Shown here piece after piece: positions 10,382 to 18,257 of a stretch of DNA of 64,000 bases (positions are counted from its first letter, which is position 1; each line of letters starts with the position of its first letter). This stretch comes from Pristiophorus japonicus (taxonomy: Eukaryota): assembly GCF_044704955.1 (NCBI RefSeq), contig NW_027254484.1, positions 1-64,000 of the forward strand, read 5' to 3'. The translations under genes and the position numbers were made by a program. The notes beneath the pieces are model-generated. The model saw only the letters and a program-made list of their open reading frames with translations, searched no databases and had not been told where the DNA came from.

Positions 10382-12235
10382 AGACATAGAAACATAGAAA
10401 ATAGGTGCAGGAGCAGGCCATTGGGCCCTTCGAGCCTGCCCCCCACCATTGGGCCCTTCGAGCCTGCCCCCCGCCATTGGGCCCTTCGAGCCTGCCCCAC
10501 CATTCAATATGATCATGGCTGATCATTCCCTCAGTACCCCACTCCTGCCTTCTCTCCATACCCCCCTGATCCCTTTAGCCGTAAGGGCCACATCTAACTC
10601 CCCTTTTGAATATATTTAGTGAACTGGCCCCCAACAACTTTCTGTGGTAGAGAATTCCACAGGTTCACAATTCTCTGGGTGAAGAAGTTTCTCCTCATCT
10701 CGGTCCTAAATGGCTTACCCCTTATCCTTAGACTGTGTGAGCCCCTGGTTCTGGACTTCCCCAACATCGGGAACATTCTTCCTGCATCTAAACCTGTCCC
10801 GTCCCGTCAGAATTTTACATGTTTCTATGAGATCCCCCTCTCATTCTTCTAAATTCCAGTGAATATAAGCCCAGTCGATCCAGTCTTTCTTCATATGTCA
10901 GTCCTGCCATCCCGGGAATCAGTCTGGTGAACCTTCGCTGCACTCCCTCAATAGCAAGAATGTCCTTCCTCAGATTAGGAGACCAAAACTGAACACAATA
11001 TTCCAGGTGTGGCCTCACCAAGGCCCTGTACAACTGCAGTAAGACCTCCCTGCTCCTATACTCAAATCCTCTCACTATGAAGGCCAACATGCCATTTGCC
11101 TTCTTCACCGCCTGCTGTACCTGCATGGCCAACTTTCAATGACTGATGTCCCATGACACCCAGGTCTCGTTGCACCTCCCCTTTTCCTAATCTGTCACCA
11201 TTCAGATAATATTCTGCCTTCCTGTTTTTACCCCCAAAGTGGATCACCTCACATTTATCCACATTATACTGCATCTGCCATGCATTTGCCCCACTCACCT
11301 AACCTGTCCAAGTCACCCTGCAGCCTCTTAGCATCCCCCTCACAGCTCACACCGCCACCCAGCTTAGTGTCATCTGCAAACTTGGAGATATTACACTCAA
11401 TTCCTTCGTCTAAATCATGAATGTATATTGTAAATAGCTGGGGCCCCAGCACTGATCCCTGCGGTACCCCACTAGTCACTGCCTGCCATTCTGAAAAGGA
11501 CCCGTTTATCCCGACTCTCTGCTTCCTGTCTGCCAACCAGTTCTCGATCCCCGTCAGTACATTACCCCCAATACCATGTGCTTTGATTTTGCACACCAAT
11601 CTCTTGTGTGGGACCTTGTCAAAAGCCTTTTGTCAGTCCAAATACACCACATCCACTGGTTCTCCCTTGTCCACTCTACGAGTTACATCCTCAAAAAATC
11701 CCAGAAGATCTTTCAAGCATGATTTCCCCTTTCATAAATCCATGTTGACTTGGACTGATCCTGTCCCTGCTTTCCAAATGCGCTGCTATTACATCTTTAA
11801 TAATTGATTCCAACATTTTCCCCACGACTGATGTCAGGCTAACCGGTCTATAATTACCCATTTTCTATCTCCCTCCTTTTTTAAAAGTGGGGTTACATTA
11901 ACTACCCTCCAGTCCATAGGGACTGATCCAGAGTCTATCGAATGTTGGAAAATGACCACCAATGCATCCACTTTCTGTGGTCGAGAATTCCACAGGTTCA
12001 CAATTCTCTGGGTGAAGAAGTTTCTCCTCATCTCGGTCCTAAATGGCTTACCCCTTATCCTTAGACTGTGTGAGCCCCTGGTTCTGGACTTCCCCAACAT
12101 CGGGAACATTCTTCCCGCATCTAAACCTGTCCCGTCCCGTCAGAATTTGACATGTTTCCTATCAGATCCCCCTCTCATCCTTCTAAACTCCAGCGAATAT
12201 AAGCCCAGTCGATCCAGTCTCTCCTGATATGTCAG
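10382..12235 (-). mobile_element. CR1-b LINE, long form (~1.6 kb RT/3' end plus ~265-bp direct repeat of its 3' part); also ~22966-24789, 41268-43063, 51186-52976, 55833-57685, 60742-62340
   Basis: [56 protein letters not shown]; TTTCTATG-type tail at ~10382-10400; frameshifts shared by all copies. Confidence 0.92.
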
Positions 12236-12630
12236 AAATTAACCCCTCGATGATGTCCTCTCTCACTGGCTGCCCCAATTGAAGCACAGCGAGCTATTTC
12301 GGAGATATATGAATGCAGAAAGATTCATATGGATCCCAGGTTATCCCAAGTGAGATATATTAATATACCGGCAGTAATATTAACCCTTGAAGGTCACCCT
12401 CCCTCACACCTTGCCTCAATTGAGAGAGAGTTGGCGGTATTGAGGTATATATTAATATACAAAGATTAATATTGGTTCCTGATGATGCCAAGTGCTATAT
12501 AGGAGATATATTAATATACGGGCAGTAATATTAAGCCCTCACTGATGCCCTCCCTCCATCCCTGCCCCAATTGAGGGAGTTTTGGAGCTATTTCGAGACA
12601 TATTAATGTACAAACAGTAATATTGACCCC
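12236..12630. repeat. AT-rich ~151-bp degenerate satellite (also ~15477-15880, 24790-25345, 33446-34000, 36489-36895, 38281-38830, 43064-43770, 52977-53530, 57686-58080, 62341-62895)
   Basis: TTGAAGGTCACCCTCCCTCACACC recurs at 43215/43366/43517 and 24941/25092 (151-bp period). Monomers contain ATATTAATAT palindromes, TGCCCCAATT and ATCCCAAGTG motifs. Confidence 0.85.
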
Positions 12631-12685
12631 CAGCCACTTGGCCTCAGTGCCCCAGGGCCCTCTTGCAGCATTTATTCAGGTGCAT

Positions 12686-12925
12686 TGATCCCTGGGGCAC
12701 CCCACTGTTACTGATTGCCGACCCGAGAATGAACAGTTGTCCCGACTCTCTGTTCTCTGTTAGTGAGCCCATCCTCCATCCGTGCTAATATATTACCCCA
12801 AAACCCCGCGAGCTTTTATCCTGCGCAGTAACCTCTCATGTGGTACTTTATCGAAGGATTGCTCAAACTCCCTTCGGTCACTGAGCAGGGAAGGGGGTTT
12901 GGGTCCACTGGGATTCTCACATCAG
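12686..12925 (-). mobile_element. Short CR1 RT fragment (CR1-c) preceding CR1-a in each module
   Basis: Reverse strand encodes the FDKVPH..LLRRIKARGVLG..KQRVG..GVPQG region; homologous to 7169-7410. Confidence 0.75.
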
Positions 12926-14441
12926 AAATAGGAGCCAGGAGTGGGCCATTCGGCCCCTCGAGCCCTGCTCCGCCATTTAATACCATCGTGGCCTGATCCG
13001 ATCATGGACCCAGCTCCACTTCCCTGCCCGCCCCCTTATCGGTTAAGGAACTGTCTATCTCTGTCTTAAATATATTCAATGTCCCGGCTTCCACAGCTCT
13101 CTGAGGCAGCGAGTTCCACAGATTTACAACCCTCCGAGAGAAGAAATTCCTCCTCATCTCAGTTTTAAATGGGCGGCCCCTTATTCTAAGACTATGCCCC
13201 CTAGTTCTAGTCTCCCCCCATCAGTGGGAACATCCTCTCTGCATCCACCTTGTCGAGCCCCCCCCTCATAATCTGATACGTTTCGATAAGATCACCTCTC
13301 ATTCTTCTGAACTCCAATGAGTAGAGGCCCCAACCTCCTCAACCTTTCCTCATAAGTCAACCCCTCATCCCCGGAATCGACCGAGTGAACCTTCTCTGAA
13401 CTGCCTCCAAAGCAAAGTGTGTCCTTTGGTAAATACGGAGAGCAAAACTGTGCACGCAGTACTCCAGGTGTGGCCTCACCAATACCCTGTGTAACTGGAG
13501 CAAGACTTCCCTGCTTTTATACATACAGGGAATAATACACAAAGGTTAAATATTGTTTCCCGATTATCCCAAGTTCCCCAATCGATACAGTCACAGAGAT
13601 ATTAATCGTTGGCGACGAATATTTAATCCCAGATTACTCCCCCCTCTCTCTCTCTCTCTCTCTCTCACTCACTGCCCCAATTGCAGCCTATTGAGCTGTT
13701 TTAAGATATTTTGAGATCGAGTAAACGTACAGGTGGAGAGGCCGCTCCGGATTCCGGGGGATTTCCGGATTCCGGAACGTCGTTGCCTGGGCTGAGGTTG
13801 GTGGGGTTGGCCAGCTGAGGTTAGTGGGGGAGGGGGGAGAGCGGGGGAGCCGAGGAGGGCGGGGGGAGAGTCTGGATTCCGAAACATTCCGAATTTTGGA
13901 ACTCTGGATTTTAGACGCTCAAAAATCAATATTGACCCCGGAATATCCCAAGTGCCCCAATTAATATATTTTGAGCTTTATCAATATAGAAGAGTAATAT
14001 TCTGCCCCTGAATAGTTCCCTCGCTGACTCATTCCCCCGTTGGTGTATTTACAGATAGATTGATGGACAGATATTGATCTCATTCCGTTGATATAAATCT
14101 ATCTGTAAATATATTCAGATATTGTCCGCATGTTCCCCTCCCCCCGCCCCCCAGACACCAGACTCCCGAAGCGAGCGCTCGACTCGGAACTCCTGCACGG
14201 GCGCGCGAGCCCCAAGGTGGGCAGAGGAAACGTTCTGCAAGGGACACACCCACTCCCCTGATAAAGTGCAACACCCCCGCCCCCACCACCGACACCTGGG
14301 AGTCCCCCCTGGGCCCAAAGACCAGTCCGCCCCTAAGTGGTGGAAGTGCATCCGGGAGGTCGCCGAGCACCTCGAGTCTCGTCGCCAATTGCGAGCACGC
14401 AGAAAGCAAGCGCAAGGCAGCGGAAGGAGCGTGCGGCAAAC

Positions 14442-14680
14442 CTGTCCCACCCTCCCCTTTCCCTCAACGTCTATCTGTCCCACCCTCCCCTTCCCTCAAC
14501 GTCTATCTGTCCCACCCTCCCCTTTCCCTCAACGTCTATCTGTCCCACCCTCCCCTTTCCCTCAACGTCTATCTGTCCCACCCTACCCTTTCCCTCAACG
14601 TCTATCTGTCCCACCCTCCCCTTCCCTCAACGTCTATCTGTCCCACCCTCCCCTTCCCTCAACGTCTATCTGTCCCACCC
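14442..14680 (+). repeat. 32/33-bp RTE-derived VNTR (~7 copies)
   Basis: Same unit as 9880-10052. Confidence 0.95.
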
Positions 14681-15011
14681 CGTGACAGGGACTGCGACTC
14701 GCATATTGGACTATTCAACCACCTTAGGCCTCGTTTTTAAGAGTGGAAACAAGTCTTCCTCGATTCCAAGGGGCTGCCTCTAACGATGAGATTTAGACAA
14801 GTGATATTAACCCTTATACTCATTCCGTTATATACTCTCTGCCCCAATTTAAACAGAGAGAGATATTTTACGATATTTAGACATTAATATTGACTCATTA
14901 TCCCCAAGTGCTCCATGTGCGAAGTATGGGATGTATTAAAATACAGACACTAATATTAACCCCGTCAATATGCCCTCTCTCACTCCCTGCCCCAATTACA
15001 GCATAGTTAGA

Positions 15012-15476
15012 GACATAGAAACATAGAAAATAGGTGCAGGAGCAGGCCATTGGGTCCTTCGAGCCTGCCCCACCATTCAATATGATCATGGCTGAACATG
15101 CAACTTCAGTAGCCCACTCCTGCCTTCTCTCCATACCCCCCTGATCCCTTTAGCCGTAAGGGTCACATCTAACTCCCTTTTGAATATATCCAACGAACTG
15201 GCCCCCAACAACTTTCTGTGGTAGAGAATTCCACAGGTTCACAATTCTCTGGGTGAAGAAGTTTCTCCTCATCTCGGTCCTAAATGGCTTACCCCTTATC
15301 CTTAGACTGTGTGAGCCCCTGGTTCTGGACTTCCCCAACATCGGGAACATTCTTCCCGCATCTAAACCTGTCCAGTCCCGTCAGAATTTGACATGTTTCC
15401 TATCAGACCCCCCTCTCATCCTTCTAAACTCCAGCGAATATAAGCCCAGTCGATCCAGTCTCTCCTGATATGTCAG
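15012..15476 (-). mobile_element. CR1-b short form (also ~32983-33445, 37817-38280; nearly deleted at 36404-36488)
   Basis: Contains the 3' tail and MFPMLGKSRTRG...RNFFTQRIVNLWNSLP only; lacks the RT segment. Confidence 0.9.
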
Positions 15477-16174
15477 AAATTAACCCCTCGATGATGTCCT
15501 CTCTCACCGGCTGCCCCAATTGAAGCACAGCGAGCTATTTCGGAGATATATGAATGTAGAAAGATTCATATGGATGCCAGGTTATCCCAAGTGAGATATA
15601 TTAATATACCGGCAGTAATATTAACCCTTGAAGGTCACCCTCCCTCACACCTTGCCTCAATTTAAGCAAATTGAGGAATTTTAAGATATTTCGAGCTCTA
15701 TTCAAAGAAAAACATTAATATTGCTGCCTGGTGATCCCAAGTGCTATATATGAGATATATTAATATACGGGCAGTAATATTAAGCCCTCACTGATGCCCT
15801 CCCTCCATCCCTGCCCCAATTGAGGGAGTTTTGGAGCTATTTCGAGACATATTAATGTACAAAAAGTAATATTGACCCCCAGCCACTTGGCCTCAGTGCC
15901 CCAGGGCACTCTTGCAGCATTTATTCAGGTGCATTGATCCCTGGGGCACCCCACTAGTTACTCATTGCCGACCCGAGAATGAACAGTTGTCCCGACTCTC
16001 TGTTCTCTGTTAGTGAGCCCATCCTCCGTCCGTGCTGATATATTACCCCCAAACCCCGCGAGCTTTTATCCTGCGCAGTAACCTCTCATGTGGTACTTTA
16101 TCGAAGGATTGCTCAAACTCCCTTCGGTCACTGAGCAGGGAAGGAGGTTTGGGTCCACTGGGATTCTCACATCA

Positions 16175-16920
16175 GAAATAGGAGCCAGGAGTGGGCCATT
16201 CGGCCCCTCGAGCCCTGCTCCGCCATTTAATACGATCGTGGCCTGATCCGATCATGGACCCAGCTCCACTTCCCTGCCCGCCCCCTTATCGGTTAAGAAA
16301 CTGTCTATCTCTGTCTTAAATATATTCAATGTCCCGGCTTCCACAGCTCTCTGAGGCAGCGAGTTCCACAGATTTACAACCCTCTGAGAGAAGAAATTCC
16401 TCCTCATCTCAGTTTTAAATGGGCGGCCCCTTATTCTAAGACCATGCCCCCTAGTTCTAGTCTCCCCCATCAGTGGGAACATCCTCTCTGCATCCACCTT
16501 GTCGAGCCCCCCTCATAATCTGATACGTTTCGATAAGATCACCTCTCATTCTTCTGAACTCCAATGAGTAGAGGCCCAACCTCCTCAACCTTTCCTCATA
16601 AGTCAACCCCCTCATCCCCCGGAATCGACCGAGTGAACCTTCTCTGAACTGCCTCCAAAGCAAAGTGTGTCCTTTGGTAAATACGGAGAGCAAAACTGTG
16701 CACGCAGTACTCCGGGTGTGGCCTCACCAATACCCTGTGTAACTGGAGCAAGACTTCCCTGCTTTTATACTCCATCCCCCTTTGCAATAAAGGCCAAGAT
16801 ACCATTGGCCCTTCCTGATCACTTGCTGTACCTGCGTACTAACCTTTTGTGTTTCATGTACAAGTAACCCCCAGGTCCTGCTGTACTGCGGCACTTTGTA
16901 ATCTTTCTCCATTTAAATAA
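16175..16920 (-). mobile_element. CR1-a long form flanking the ZNF cassette (also ~25638-26383, 44063-44808)
   Basis: Extends ~155 bp further 5' (VHETQKVSTQVQQVIRK..) than the short form and abuts the cassette at ATTTAAATAA|TCGC. Confidence 0.9.
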
Positions 16921-17040
16921 TCGCTTCCTTCTTCTCTCGCAACCAGAGGCTCCATTCAGCTCACCAGGCAATGTGGGGAAATGCAGCACACAAACATAAC
17001 GCTCCCCATCGGGGTCAGAGTGGGGGCAGAAAACCATCTT

Positions 17041-17046
17041 TTTATT
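17041..17046 (-). terminator. Putative poly(A) signal of ZNF copy 1
   Basis: AATAAA on the minus strand followed by a GU-rich element (CGTTATGTTTGTGTG, ~16987-17001); conserved in all three cassettes. Confidence 0.65.
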
Positions 17047-17070
17047 GGTCACAGCAGGTTTGTACAGCGG

Positions 17071-17217
17071 NNNNNNNNNNNNNNNNNNNNNNNNNNNNNN
17101 NNNNNNNNNNNNNNNNNNNNNNNNNNNNNNNNNNNNNNNNNNNNNNNNNNNNNNNNNNNNNNNNNNNNNNNNNNNNNNNNNNNNNNNNNNNNNNNNNNNN
17201 NNNNNNNNNNNNNNNNN
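17071..17217. other. Masked tract in predicted ZNF 3' UTR (147 N; homologous tracts 26534-27026, 493 N, and 44959-45441, 483 N)
   Basis: Identical flanks GTACAGCGG|N...N|GTGGAGAGACAG in all three copies. Confidence 0.9.
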
Positions 17218-18257
17218 GTGGAGAGACAGAGCGACCATCACATACAACAGCAGACATTTTTCAGGAGGAGACCTTCGATCGAGAGCTGACTCGGGTCTCC
17301 CTCTCACCCCTCACCCCGCCGTCTCGCATTCCGCGCTCCGGATTTCAACCCGCTTCCCACGCCCGGCCCCCTGTTCCCAGGCGCGAACGCGCGGGTGCAG
17401 GCTATTCGACTCGAGGGGCATCAGGCCCACGGTTGAGACGTTGTTTCTCCGCCCTCCCCAGCGCGGAGGGAGGGAGGGGGTGGGCGGAGGGATGTGTGTG
17501 TGTGTGGGGAGAGGGTGGGGGGGGGGGGAAACACGTGTGGCCTTGCCCCTCCCCTCCCCACCCACCCGTGAGCCTTCCGGAGGTAGGGAGCACTAAAGCT
17601 CGTATCGTCTCACGCCCCCGGTCCGCGCGCCTGTGCGGGGCGTGTGCGAGAGCGGGGCTCTCTGTACCCGTCGGGGCAGTGGGGTGTGGGGGTAAGGAGC
17701 ACGAGGTGATCTGATTGGTGTTTGCCTTGAGATGGGATTTGTGAGGGACGGGGTGGGGGAGAAGAGGGCGAAGGTGAGCACGGGCGGGGGAGGGGTCGAG
17801 TTCGAAGGGGTCAGGAGTCCGCTTGACCTCCTCCCCCCACCACACCCCCCACCCCGTCCCCAGCTTGCAAACGGCGCCCTCTTCAGGGGAGGTGGGGAGC
17901 GGGCGGCGATGCACGCCGCAGTCGAATAGCCCGCCGCGCGGCACGAGGGGCTTGTGGGGGTGCGGGGAGGCGGAGGAGCTGTGCGGTCCGCGATCGAGGG
18001 ATAATTCAGTGTTTGCAACGTGCAGTAGGGGGAGGGGAGAGGGAACGGCGGGGGAGGGGAGGAGAGGGGACGGAGGGGGAGGGGAGGAGAGGGGACGGAG
18101 GGGGAGGGGAGTTGGGACCAAGTTCCCACAAGACCCCCTCGACCTGCCCAGCAACGACCGGATACCAGCCCCGCCCACTCTTAACCCAACCCCTCCCCCG
18201 CCCTCCCGTGGGTGGGGGGAGGGGGTTAAGCCCCCACCGCAGCCCCCCCCCCCTCGG

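Noticed and set aside
10382-12235. CR1 as an active autonomous retrotransposon
   Set aside because: 5'-truncated, no endonuclease or ORF1, and frameshifts shared by all copies; multiplied by tandem duplication, not retrotransposition.
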